Assembly: GCA_963719035.1 (NCBI GenBank)
Contig: CAVRAO010000002.1
Coordinates: 704,001-768,000 of the forward strand
From: Methanobacteriota archaeon
GTDB lineage: Archaea > Halobacteriota > Bog-38 > Methanoflorentales > Methanoflorentaceae
Direction: 5' to 3'
Length of the DNA stretch: 64,000 nt
Below the pieces are notes generated by a model that worked only from the letters and a program-made list of their open reading frames with translations, was not told the origin of the DNA and made no database searches. A program made the translations under genes and the position numbers. Positions 33,322-44,158 of this stretch are shown here, in pieces; within the stretch, counting starts at the first letter, position 1, and the number at the start of each line of letters is the position of its first letter.

Positions 33322-35058
33322 CTACTCTGCAGAAGCTTGTACGTTCATAGCAGGCATGACGTTTTTTTGCCATTCCGCGTAAGCAAAACGTCTAAAATCC
33401 CCGCCGATCCACTCTTCAATAGGCAAATCAAATCCAGCTTTCGATCTATTTACGATGCTGCGGGGCAGGTATCGTTTAGCCACACTCTTAAGCAACGGCT
33501 TGGTGTCAAACAGGGTAACTTTATATTTTAACGGGAGATTTATCGCTAAGTCAAGAAGTCTGTTATCTAAGTACGGCACTCGCATTTCCAAGCCTACACC
33601 CATCGCCATTCTATCGGTTCGGCGCAATATCGAGGATAAGTGGTAGCTCACATCTTTCAGAATGTACGTGAGCGTTTCTTTCTCGAGGCTGTTGTCCAAA
33701 AAAGCAAGAGCCTGAGAAAAACGGGATTTCAAGGCGGAACGACTTTTCGCCCACGGAAGCATATAGTAGTCCTCAATGATCTTATCCCCATCTTCCAGGA
33801 CGCACCTCACAAAGTCATCGTTACCTATGAGCCCATATACACTGGACTTTAGGAGAGGTTCGTACCGATCCGGGATACTGTTGATGAGGGGGGACAGCGC
33901 ATTTTTCAGCCACATCCTCACATAATAGTATCTGTACCGCCGGTACCCGCCAAACAGTTCATCGGCCCCTTCACCGCTTAGCAAAACGCTAAATCCTTCC
34001 TCCTTAGCTCTTTTGCTGATCAGGTAAATACCGACGGAATTGGGATGGACCAGCGGAAGATCTTCAAGGCGAATGCATCGGGTGACGTTGTCCGTGTACT
34101 TTGTTTCGTCTAGCTCCTCAATCACCAAGTTCAATCCCAATTCTCGCGCTATTTGTTTCGCATATTTGGATTCATCGAGCGATCCCTTTACCTGCACGTG
34201 GAAAACTGTCAGATCGTCAACATATTGACGCGCTATAGCGGTTACCAAGGAGGAATCAACTCCCCCAGAACATATCGTCCCGATCGGCGCGTCCGAAACG
34301 AGCTGATCCGCAATTACTTCATTCAATAAATGATCGAGCTTGTCGACTAATTCTGTATCGAATTTGTACGCTGTGTATGCAGTCCTAGATACGGCATTAC
34401 AGGGATCGTAATACCTTTCTATTTCGATGCGTTTAGAGTTCAAGTCCCATTTCAGAAAACTTGCGGGCTGGAGCGGTTTTAGTTCTTTGAAGAACCCTTC
34501 AGCTTCGACGTTTTTTGTCAACTGGTATTCTAGGACTGACTCAGTATCCAGCGAGAGAGGCAACTCAGTAACGGCGCGAAATGCTTTCAGTTCCGATGAA
34601 AAAACGAGTTTACCACCATCATAATAATAAAACAGCGGTTTAATGCCGAGCCTATCCCGGGCGAGGTAAAGGCATCCGTCAACGGAATCGTATAACGAAA
34701 AGGCAAAAATGCCATTGAAGTATTTTACACATTCGATACCGTCCCGTTCATAGCATTGAATGACAACCTCGGTATCGGTATCTGAGACAAACTGACGCCC
34801 CTCTTTCTGCAAGTCGGTTCTGAGCTTTTTAAAATTGTAGATTTCTCCGTTATAGGCCGCCCATATCGTTCCACTTTGATTTGACATCGGCATCTTTCCC
34901 CTTTCTGACAGGTCAAGTATTGCCAACCGGACGCTGCCTAGTGAAACAGCCGAGTTTACGAAAGTGCCATCGTCGTCGGGGCCTCTGTGTTTTATGCGCC
35001 GGTTCATCTCCTCAATGAGCTGACGGTCTGACCAACTGAATCCATTTATCCCGCACAT
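33322..35058 (-). CDS. asnB: asparagine synthase (glutamine-hydrolysing) family amidotransferase, polysaccharide-associated
   Basis: MCGI, HRGPD, RLAILDL, YNGEIYNF, RDRLGIKPL, SGGVDSS, SGEGADELFGGY, EMRVPYLD. Confidence 0.93.
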   Translation of the reverse strand: MCGINGFSWSDRQLIEEMNRRIKHRGPDDDGTFVNSAVSLGSVRLAILDLSERGKMPMSNQSGTIWAAYNGEIYNFKKLRTDLQKEGRQFVSDTDTEVVIQCYERDGIECVKYFNGIFAFSLYDSVDGCLYLARDRLGIKPLFYYYDGGKLVFSSELKAFRAVTELPLSLDTESVLEYQLTKNVEAEGFFKELKPLQPASFLKWDLNSKRIEIERYYDPCNAVSRTAYTAYKFDTELVDKLDHLLNEVIADQLVSDAPIGTICSGGVDSSLVTAIARQYVDDLTVFHVQVKGSLDESKYAKQIARELGLNLVIEELDETKYTDNVTRCIRLEDLPLVHPNSVGIYLISKRAKEEGFSVLLSGEGADELFGGYRRYRYYYVRMWLKNALSPLINSIPDRYEPLLKSSVYGLIGNDDFVRCVLEDGDKIIEDYYMLPWAKSRSALKSRFSQALAFLDNSLEKETLTYILKDVSYHLSSILRRTDRMAMGVGLEMRVPYLDNRLLDLAINLPLKYKVTLFDTKPLLKSVAKRYLPRSIVNRSKAGFDLPIEEWIGGDFRRFAYAEWQKNVMPAMNVQASAE

Positions 35059-35395
35059 ATTCAGAGCAATTTAAAACTAATGAGGGTTCTTTTCCTTGAG
35101 CGCAAACTGTACTGAGCTTTCTACGGGTTTTACCTATTAAAATATAATGGGGCGTTGCTGCGCGTTCCCGTGCAGGCTTCGAAGGGATCGCTGTTCTGAT
35201 GAAACCTCTACGAGTTCATTCGTGCACTCAATCGAACATCAACGACATATCGCTCAGCGCCTGTGGCAGGTCTGTTAATATCCACCCTCAAGCTTCTACG
35301 TTTCAATCTCAACTTCCTATTAAGTACTAATGGTATTGGATACGATGGCGCCAGAGCAAACTGCAGATTCGTTGGAGTTGGAGCGCGAAGAACGC

Positions 35396-36772
35396 TCATT
35401 CGCCGCGGTAACCGATCAGCTCCTCAACGGGAAGCTTTTGGACGACGAATTTGAACTTGCCGGCTGCAGTCCGACTTATGTGATCGACAAACTCTAAGTC
35501 CAATCTCATGTCACTGCCGAGCTTTTTCATAAGCTCTCGACGAATCCTCTGCGAGTCTGCTTCCGTATAATTCGCTCGTTTTACGATATTCAATATTAGC
35601 TCGCCCTCGCGATCCTGGTAGAACTGAAACTGCTCGACGTTATCGTACACATCAGAATGCATGTTAAGCGCGGTAACCGGAAAGACCCTTTTATTTTGGC
35701 CGATAATTAATTCCTGAAGCCATCTGCCCTCGACTGATTGTAACCTTTTGTAACTTCTTCCACAGGCGCAACCGTCTTCGCTGTAGGCTCCAAGATCTCC
35801 CGTTCTGTACCTGATCAAAGGAAACGCAGGGTTATTGAATCCAGTGGTCACTATTTCCCCCTGCTCATTCACATCCCGCACAACAGTGCCATTTTTGTCA
35901 ATGAGTTCAGTAATCCCATATTCGGGAAAAAGGTGATATTTCGTGCTTATTTCACATTCGCCTGCGAGCGCGCCCATTTCAGAATGGCCGTACCAGCTGA
36001 AAACCCTGCAGTTAAATTGTTGCTCGAGCAAGTCGCGTTGCCATGGGTAGATAGCCTCTGAGCCACAGAGGATCGCTTTTAACGTCGAGAAGGGTTCGAC
36101 ATCGTTTCTTTTCATGAAAGAAGCTACGATCGTTGCAACCGATGGGAACGCCCATAAGAATTTTGGTCTGAATGCCCGGATACGCGCAATGTACGTTGGT
36201 AAGGTTTCGTCATTCATGTGGTACGGCGAAAGGATCAGCCATCGACCAAAAAGAGTCGACTTCCAGTAGATTCCCCTGTCCGCCGTTTCAACGACGTTGC
36301 CTCTGAGCACTACACACTTATCGGTGAACTTGTACCCGACTCGCCCCCACAACGTTCTTATGAACGCCCATTCTTTTGCTCGTGAGGCCCCTTTCTCGTA
36401 GTAAAAGCCAAACGGTTTACCGGTCGTTCCGGCCGTCGTCACGTACTCAAATCTATGGGGGGTGTAGTTTCGGGCTTTCAAAGCTTCGACGTTGTTGCGA
36501 ACAATTTCTTTGTTCAGGAACGGAAGCTTCTCCAAATCGTCAAAATCACAAATGTCACGTGGCGTTAACCCTCGCTCACGAAATACTTTCGAATAATATG
36601 GCACGTTGTTGTAGGCGTGCGTTAAAAGCTGGTTTAACTGTCGGAGCTGGTACTCCTCGAGCTGCCCTTTGCTCTGCCACTGCGATTTTTGGAGAAGCTT
36701 GTATTTCGACCGAAAGGCCCCGTAACTAGACAGGATTCCGAGAACTTTCGATGCCGTTGGATCAGGACTCAT
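35396..36772 (-). CDS. CapK/phenylacetate-CoA ligase family adenylate-forming protein
   Basis: HAYNNVPYY, LPFLNKE, TTAGTTGKP, WYGHSE, FPLIRYRTGD, VEGR. Confidence 0.9.
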   Translation of the reverse strand: MSPDPTASKVLGILSSYGAFRSKYKLLQKSQWQSKGQLEEYQLRQLNQLLTHAYNNVPYYSKVFRERGLTPRDICDFDDLEKLPFLNKEIVRNNVEALKARNYTPHRFEYVTTAGTTGKPFGFYYEKGASRAKEWAFIRTLWGRVGYKFTDKCVVLRGNVVETADRGIYWKSTLFGRWLILSPYHMNDETLPTYIARIRAFRPKFLWAFPSVATIVASFMKRNDVEPFSTLKAILCGSEAIYPWQRDLLEQQFNCRVFSWYGHSEMGALAGECEISTKYHLFPEYGITELIDKNGTVVRDVNEQGEIVTTGFNNPAFPLIRYRTGDLGAYSEDGCACGRSYKRLQSVEGRWLQELIIGQNKRVFPVTALNMHSDVYDNVEQFQFYQDREGELILNIVKRANYTEADSQRIRRELMKKLGSDMRLDLEFVDHISRTAAGKFKFVVQKLPVEELIGYRGE

Positions 36773-37836
36773 TCTGTGACCCTAGATAATCCCCGTATTT
36801 CTCATGATATCGTGCGACGACCATTTCCATAATTCTGACCGCTTCCCTGCCTTCCTCTGCGGAGACCGGCGGTGGGGAACCCTCGATAAGGCTGTCGACA
36901 AATCGTTCGATCACGAGGTTAGTACCAATGGTGTTGCGGCCAAGTCCTGCCCTCACAACATTTGCAGCCACGCTTCCGACCTCCTGAAACACGGTATTCA
37001 CTGCCGAGCGTGCAATCGGTACGTAGCGGAGCTCCTTAAGACTCTGACGAGTCACAAGCATGCGCTCCGGTGTCGATGCGCAGCATGGCTTCCGTCCCTA
37101 TGACATCGGTGAGATTGGCCCAGTAGTTGCCGGTATATGAGAGGGTGACTGAGCTGAGACCGTTCTCTCCCTCAAACTCGATTCGGAACTCGTCAAACGG
37201 CGCCCAGGGATGCTTCAAAACGTTCTTTGCATAGATGTCCACAGCGCTGATGTTCTTCAAGAAAGCCATTGACATGTACGCGATGTGCGGGCCGGTTTCC
37301 CCGATGATTCCTCCTGGAAGCTTGTGATACCAATGATCTTTAATGTCGATAAACTCATTTCGCGGTGAGGCAAGCAGTAGTCGCATGCCAGTGAATTGCC
37401 CAATATTCCCGTTAGCGACGAGCTCTTTCGCCTTCAGAAATGGAGGATGAAACACTTGGTTGTGAATCGTGCAGACATGCAGCCCTTGCTTCGCCGAAGC
37501 CCCGATCATGGCATCGCAATCAGCCGTTTTGAGGGCCATCGGCTTTTCCATAATGACGTTGCATCCGTTCTCCATTGCCTCTAAAGCGATAGGGGCATGT
37601 ATCTGCGGAGGGACACAGATGTCAACCGCGTCCAGCTCCTCGCGCGAGCACATCTCCGTGGTGCTCGTGTATGCGTTAGGTATGCTAAAGTCGCGTGCTG
37701 TTTCGCGGACGAGACTCTCGTTGAGGTCGCAGACCGCGCACAGATCGACGCGTTTATTCATCTTCTTAAACGCCGGTATGTGCCGCACTTTAGCAATGAA
37801 ACCGCACCCGATAACGCCGACTTTTACTTTTTCCAC
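36762..37836 (-). CDS. Gfo/Idh/MocA oxidoreductase, frameshift near 37060
   Basis: VGVIGCGFIA, PPQIH, MEKPMA, GGIIGETGPH; C-terminus PPPVSAEEGREAVRIME. Confidence 0.9.
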
Positions 37837-37869
37837 CCCGACTCACTCCTACTGCTCTTATGAACTAAA

Positions 37870-39136
37870 CTACCCTGAGTGTTGATGTTGGCGCGGTTGG
37901 GAAACTTCGTAGGTGCTCTGATCTGTATTGAGAGGGGCTCTCTTTGATCCGGTGCACTCGTACAACTCCTGCTCAAAATCATCGACAACCGCGGCCCAGT
38001 CGTTGTTGCGAACAAATTGCCTCGCCGCTTCGCCGTGTGCGGTGATGATGACCCTCGTTAACGAGTTCCATGGCTTTCCGCAACGCGTCTTCTGGCCGGT
38101 CGATCCACAGCACGCCGTGATCGTCGCCAAATTCCCTCTGCACGCCGTGCAGTCGGGTCGCGATAACCGGTTTTCCCATCGCCATGTATTCGTACATCTT
38201 AATCGGAACGATGTCGTGCATAATTGCGTTGTCGTGCGCGGGCAGCAAGCAAATGTCGGAAGCAGCGATGAATTCGGGGATTTTTGCATATGGCTGTTTC
38301 CCAGCAAACGCCACGTAGTCTTCGAGGCCGAGCTCCGCTCGCTCGCGCTTCAGTTCCTCAAGTGCGTCGCCGTCACCAACAATGAGCAGCTTAACGCCCA
38401 GGCCCTCGCGCTTGCATTTCGCCATTTCTTTGAGCACCTCTTGCAGCCCCGAGAAATGATAGAGCCAGCCCATAAAGAAGAGAACGGTGTCCCGCTCGCT
38501 AAAGCCGTATTGCTGTCGTATAGAGGAGCCATCGACGTTTTGCCCGAAGTGTTCCGTGTCGATACCGGCTCGTATGACGTGGGTCCTTTCCGGACGCGCA
38601 CCCATTCGTATAACGTAGTCCCGCAACGCTTCATTGATGACGATAACGCTATCGGCCTCTTTAAGTGTCCTTTTTTCTATTATTTTTCCGATGGGTCTGA
38701 GCCAAGACCACGGGATCATCTCGTAGTTCGGCTCAAGGATGAGAACGACCATTGGCGTGCCCGCTTTTTTCGCCGCGCGGAGAGCTAAGTAGTTGGTAAG
38801 GAGGTACATGCCGATGACAACGTCCGGGCGGAACTCGCGCAGCTGCTCGGCGATTTCGCGGCGATACGAAAAGAGCATCGACACATAGTCCAAGATAGGG
38901 ACACGCAGGATCCGAGGACGAGTGACGGTGATGTTAGCGCCCGACACGATTTTTGAAACGTTATGAAAGACACGTCTTTTCGAGACTAACCCACTCCCGC
39001 CGTTGCTTTGCCAAAGAATATCGTGGTCAATGACTGAAAAATCGTGCCCTCGCAAGGTCAGCCGCTCGGCGACGTGATGCTGCTGGTGAACATTTCGGGC
39101 TATCCAGTCAGTGTCTTGGACGAGCAATACTTTCAT
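37870..39136 (-). CDS. GT4 glycosyltransferase, frameshift near 38035
   Basis: LFFMGWLYHFSG, LLIVGDG, SDICLLP, VPIKMYEYMAMGKPVIAT. Confidence 0.9.
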
Positions 39137-39185
39137 TCCCGTATCCTCCCCGCAGCAGTGCTTTCAGCGAGCGAGCGCACCCATA

Positions 39186-40184
39186 TCAGAACTCAGCGCT
39201 CCGCTCAATGTCATCCCAGCGTTCAACAAACCACTCATAAACGTGCTTTAGCCCTTCATTAAACGTCGTTCGTGGTCGATACCCGAGCAGTCGCTTAGCC
39301 TTGTCAATCGACGAGACAAGCCGCGTTTTTGCATCCCAGTCCCGTCTCTGAATGTGCATTACCCCGAGCGCGTTGCCCGTGAGCCTATTGACCTCGTGTG
39401 CCATATCAATGACGCGCGTTTCCGTGCCCGAGCCGATGTTGATGGCCTCACCGATCGCTTCTTCTCTCACTCCTGCCGCCAATAGGCCATTGACGAGGTC
39501 ACCGACATACGTCCAGTCTCTCGTTTCGGTGCCATCGCCGGTAATCGGTAAGACGTTTCCGCTCATCGCCCAGTAGAAGAAGTTGGGGATGACGTTGCGG
39601 TATTTACCGGGCACCTCGCCGGGACCGTAGCTGTTGAAAAACCGCGTGTTAACGACGGGAAGTCCGTACAGATTGTGGTAGTAGTTGGTATACAGTTCCC
39701 CGATGAGCTTAGTGACTTGGTAGGGCGTGTGAAGGCTTATTGACACGTCATGCTCCTCATACGGTATCGTTGATTCCAGTCCATAGACCCCACACCCTGA
39801 CGAGGCATACACGAATCGGGAAACGTCGGTCAGGTGCGCAAACTCGAGCACCTTGAGAATTCCCATGCCGTTGACCATAAGGTCCGTTTCGGGATTGTCG
39901 ATTGAATTTTGATTAGCAAAGTGCGCGGCCAAGTGAAACACAATGTCAGGGCGGTCCTTAAAGACGAATTTAAGCTTCTCGTCGTCAAGGATGTCTCCGT
40001 GAACGAAGTGTATCTTGGGGCCGACTTGAACGTTCCACTCGTACGAGGAGGAAAGGTTGTCGAGAATGATAATCTTCTTTGTGTTCAGATCATCAAGTCG
40101 GTGGACGAGATTCCCGCCGATCGCTCCAGCGCCGCCCGTCACAAGCACCGTTTTGCCCTCGTAGTCGTCGTGCACGTCTATCAT
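39186..40184 (-). CDS. extended SDR nucleotide-sugar epimerase, WbmF-like
   Basis: GGAGAIG, FHLAAHFANQNSID, YASSGC, PYQVTK, YRNVIPNFFY, RRDWD. These resemble Bordetella WbmF signatures as recalled. Confidence 0.85.
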   Translation of the reverse strand: MIDVHDDYEGKTVLVTGGAGAIGGNLVHRLDDLNTKKIIILDNLSSSYEWNVQVGPKIHFVHGDILDDEKLKFVFKDRPDIVFHLAAHFANQNSIDNPETDLMVNGMGILKVLEFAHLTDVSRFVYASSGCGVYGLESTIPYEEHDVSISLHTPYQVTKLIGELYTNYYHNLYGLPVVNTRFFNSYGPGEVPGKYRNVIPNFFYWAMSGNVLPITGDGTETRDWTYVGDLVNGLLAAGVREEAIGEAINIGSGTETRVIDMAHEVNRLTGNALGVMHIQRRDWDAKTRLVSSIDKAKRLLGYRPRTTFNEGLKHVYEWFVERWDDIERSAEF

Positions 40185-41125
40185 CTAATCACCTAATCCG
40201 TAATACCCTCGCATCCAGTCAACGGTCCTCTTAATGCCCTCCTCTGGTGGTACCCGAGGGTCATGTTTCAGATCACGCGCGGCCTTTGAGCAGTCCATAT
40301 GTTTTACCTTCGTCGTAAACGGCTCCGCCTCGTGGTAGGTGACGAGAGAATCATCTCTGCCGACGGCCTTGAGGACGAGGTCAGATACTCCTTAATTTCC
40401 TTCTCCCATTCGGGCTGCCCGCCGACGTTATAGGCCTCCCCGGGCACGAAGTTGTCACATATATTAGCAAACGTCCGGCACGAATCCTCGACGTAGTCAA
40501 TTATTCGCTTATGCCCAATATACACTTCGTATGGCTTGTCGAAGAGCGCGTGATAAATAAACTTAGGGATAAACCCCCTGTAAGGGGTGTAATGTTCATG
40601 CGGGCCATAGCAGTTGACCGGCCTCACGCGTACGATCTCAGAACCGAACATCGTTGAAGAATTCAGGCACATGAGCTCGCCCGCCCACTTCGTTATCGCA
40701 TAATCATTCATCTGATACGTCTCTCGGACAGGGTGGTCCTCCATAACGTCTTCACGCATGATGCCGTTATAATCGCCATACACTTCCGCCGAGGAGAAAA
40801 AGATCAATCGAAAGCCCTTTTGCTCCTGCATGCGCAACACGTGTTTCGTTCCGATGGCGTTCGTTGTCCACAGATTCTCATAATAATCTTCGCCGTTCCA
40901 GCGGCCATACTCGGCTGCTAAGTGATAAACATAGTCAAACGACCGGTCGTTAAAGAGCTTTTCAACCTGCCGATAGTTACGCATATCAGCTCTGACGTAA
41001 TCCTCTCTGCCGGTGTGGTACAGGTCAGCGGTTAACACCTCGTGACCACGATCTCGGAGTTCCGCAGCCAAGTTCGTACCGATAAACCCTGCTCCGCCCG
41101 TGACCAATATATCGTGCGTCTGCAT
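40185..41125 (-). CDS. extended SDR nucleotide-sugar epimerase/dehydratase, frameshift near 40385
   Basis: GGAGFIG, HLAAEYGRWNGE, SSAEVYG, YAITK. Its stop TAG abuts the next ATG. Confidence 0.9.
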
Positions 41126-41289
41126 TTTTTGTTCCTCGTATCCTATCGTGCTACTTATGCTAATTCTTACGACGCACCCACGCGACAGTCACTGAGCTTC
41201 TTGATGAAGTCGTTAGCTGTTGTTCTTGTTTTCTGATTGAGCTTCAGGTTTTGTAACATAGACTTGTCTCACTTGGCGTGAATGTGTGT

Positions 41290-41450
41290 CCCTCTAACCT
41301 TATACTAGGTAATTATTGTTAAGGTATTTAAAAGTTACTAAAATTTATCAATTATTAGCATTTATGTAAAGATATAAATTAAAAGTAAAGAGTTAATTTT
41401 TATCAACTTGCTTTTAAGAAAGACACGTGTTACTTATAAAAGCGTAAATG
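41290..41450 (-). promoter_or_regulatory. AT-rich promoter region with TATA-like box for the minus-strand operon
   Basis: Minus strand reads AACTTTTAAATA near 41325-41336, in a sharply AT-rich stretch between divergent units. Confidence 0.5.
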
Positions 41451-42150
41451 CACGTTGTAGGTAGCCTGAAATACCCTTTAGCGACGCTTTGTTGAAAATC
41501 GCCCACAGCCGTGCTTAAACATTCATAGAGTTCATGTTTACCGGAGTAGTGGAGGGCCAAGTCACCACCGCGGTGAATCGCGTTCCCCGGGTGTTCCCTT
41601 ACAATCGTCTTTGGTCGCTTGCGTTACCGGTTGCGCAGGATCCGGAGGCACGAGTGCTGGATGCACCACGGGGCTCTAGCCGAACGACCTTATGTTACGC
41701 CAACTGGATCCCGCTCGCCACAAGAGGACCCCCCACAGGTTACAACGCGTGAGCTGCGTACAAAGGGCGTGCCGACGAGCCACCATCCCACGCTCCTGCA
41801 CTCGTTAGGCGACGGACTGCTCGAACAATGAGCGCTTTTTTGGCTCGCTTGCGCATATTGCGCCACTGACTCCTGTGCCTCGATTTGAGCTTCGTGGCTC
41901 GATTTAAAGTGCGTGATGTCACTGCAGGCTTGCGTGCTTTGTCCCGCCGCTGTGCGCGTATCGCCCGATCAGAAGCCGTTGCCGAGCACTTCCCAAAGCC
42001 ACGGAAATGTGACGCTGCGGGTACGGTCACTCGTGGATAGACACATAGGAACACATTGCACAACACCGTTTGAAGCCATGCCGTGATTCCGGCGCGACGG
42101 CGTTGCCAAGTTAACATTATAACAGAGGAGTGAGCATAGCGTGAATCACC

Positions 42151-43440
42151 ATGGATGATCCTGGAAGACCACATATCGTCCGATATGTCGCGCTTGCTGC
42201 CCTTGTTCTCGTGGTAGGAGCACTCCTCTTTCCGATAGTGGGTGGCCTGAACGTCGCCGGCTTCTTAGGAGAGAAAACGTACTTGCTCATCTTGCAGGAC
42301 AACTCCGAAATAAGAGGGACCGGAGGATTAATATCGCTTATGGGCGTGCTCACCGTGAACGACGGGCACATTGTGAGCTTGAAATACTACTACAGCCATA
42401 GCAGCCCAGAGCTGCGAACGATCGTACCCGTGGACGGGCCTGAGAGCTTTACCTCGTTCTTTGACGTTGACTCGGCAACGTTATTCGATTCGAACGTTCA
42501 ATACGACTTCGCTTCGTTCGCGCCTAAGGTACAATCAGATTGGTACAACGTCACCGGACAGAAGGTCGACGGGGTCATCGGATTGGACTTCACCGCCGTT
42601 GAAGCGATCATGAACATAACGGGACCAATAACGGCGTCAAACGAAGTCATTACGAGCAGGAACGTATTCGACCGCTTGATATATGATTCAGGGACCTCGG
42701 GAGGTGGACAATCGATGGCAGATCTCCTGTCGGCGCTCACGTTCGATGTCCTCGGACTCATTCGCGACTCAAGCATTTCACAGAAACTGGCGCTGTACAC
42801 CGCTTTACAAAATCTGTCAAACGAAGGGCACTTTTTTATCTATCCTGATCCGGGGCCGTTATTACCGAGCGCTGGAGGTGAAAGCCGATCATCTGCAGCA
42901 GACTTCATCTCGGTGATCGATATAAACCTCGGCAACGGAAAATCAGATTTCGGGGTGAACAGGACCATCGACTATCACGTGCAGCTCCTTCCCGACGGTT
43001 CCGCCGTCTCAAACCTGACGCTCACGTACACCAACGGGGATTGGTGGAGTTCTGACCTTTTCACGCAAGCGCTCGTGCCCCCTGGAGCTGAGCTTATCAG
43101 CGTATATAACGATACAGACCGTTTTAGCGGCACTAAGATCACCAATGCTGATAACTTCACGGCCTTCTCGTCGCGATTCATCGTAGCGGCTCACGAGACG
43201 GCGCGCATAACGTACCTCTACAAAATGCCGGACAAAGTCACCGGAAACGGGATAGGATCGCACTACGATCTCTACGTTGTAAAACAGTCAGGCATCACTC
43301 GCTATGCCTTGAATGTCAGCGTGCAACTCCCGGCGGGAGCGACGATCATCCACGCCGAAAACCTCGGATCGAATCTGGTGTTCACAAAAGACGCGCACGT
43401 AAGCGTGGTATACACCGAGCCAGGAGCGACGATAGCATGA
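42151..43440 (+). CDS. DUF4012 domain membrane-anchored protein
   Basis: KTYLLILQDNSEIRGTGG, DSNVQYDF, VDGVIGLDFTAV..IMNITGPI, NLGNGKSD, YDLYVVKQSG; single N-terminal TM. Confidence 0.85.
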   Translation: MDDPGRPHIVRYVALAALVLVVGALLFPIVGGLNVAGFLGEKTYLLILQDNSEIRGTGGLISLMGVLTVNDGHIVSLKYYYSHSSPELRTIVPVDGPESFTSFFDVDSATLFDSNVQYDFASFAPKVQSDWYNVTGQKVDGVIGLDFTAVEAIMNITGPITASNEVITSRNVFDRLIYDSGTSGGGQSMADLLSALTFDVLGLIRDSSISQKLALYTALQNLSNEGHFFIYPDPGPLLPSAGGESRSSAADFISVIDINLGNGKSDFGVNRTIDYHVQLLPDGSAVSNLTLTYTNGDWWSSDLFTQALVPPGAELISVYNDTDRFSGTKITNADNFTAFSSRFIVAAHETARITYLYKMPDKVTGNGIGSHYDLYVVKQSGITRYALNVSVQLPAGATIIHAENLGSNLVFTKDAHVSVVYTEPGATIA

Positions 43441-44012
43441 ACAGGAAACTACTTGCGGCAGCGGCTATCGTTATTCTTGTGATTGGTGGTGCGCTAGTCG
43501 TAGGCAACGCGTTTCTTTCGACGGCCCCGGCCAGTGAGGTCACGTATACCCCGCCGCCTTCAGCGGTGCACGCGTCGTTGGGCAAGACCGCCACGAGCGG
43601 CGCGCTTGCGCTGCGCCTCAATGGTCTCAGCGATGCGTCGAATCCAGCGATGAGCGACGCGTGGATCAGATTCAACCGTGAAGCATCAGCAAGCGGAGTG
43701 TACAACCGCTCCTTGACGCCTTCGCCTGGCGACCAGTATCTTATCGCAAACGTCACCGTCACGAATGTGCAACATACTCAAATCCCCTTCACCCACGCCG
43801 CTTTCGTCCTGCTCACACCCAACAACGCCGCTTATTATGCCAACTACGCCGTATGCAGTAAGAGCTGCGCCGCGCAAGCCCTCAACAACCGTACGCTGAA
43901 CGAGAACTTTTCGAGCGATTTGTATGTGCTCTTTTCAGTTCCGGCAGGAACCCACGCCGAAAAAATCGTTTACACTGCGTCTAATCCGCCAATTGTGCTA
44001 TCTACCATCTGA
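43437..44012 (+). CDS. DUF4352-like Ig-fold extracellular protein
   Basis: N-terminal TM; PSPGDQYLIANVTVTN...FVLLT...VLFSVP; ATGA overlap with the DUF4012 gene. Confidence 0.7.
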   Translation: MNRKLLAAAAIVILVIGGALVVGNAFLSTAPASEVTYTPPPSAVHASLGKTATSGALALRLNGLSDASNPAMSDAWIRFNREASASGVYNRSLTPSPGDQYLIANVTVTNVQHTQIPFTHAAFVLLTPNNAAYYANYAVCSKSCAAQALNNRTLNENFSSDLYVLFSVPAGTHAEKIVYTASNPPIVLSTI

Positions 44013-44158
44013 AACGCGACCTAAAGCAATCTGCTCATCTAAGTAGGCTCTTAGGAAGGCACGTGCACATCAGAGACAGTGAACGTCTGCCGTGCAAGCG
44101 TTTGATTCCGACGGTCATTCGTGCATGCGCGCGTACCGCGCTTCTGTAACCCGCAGGC

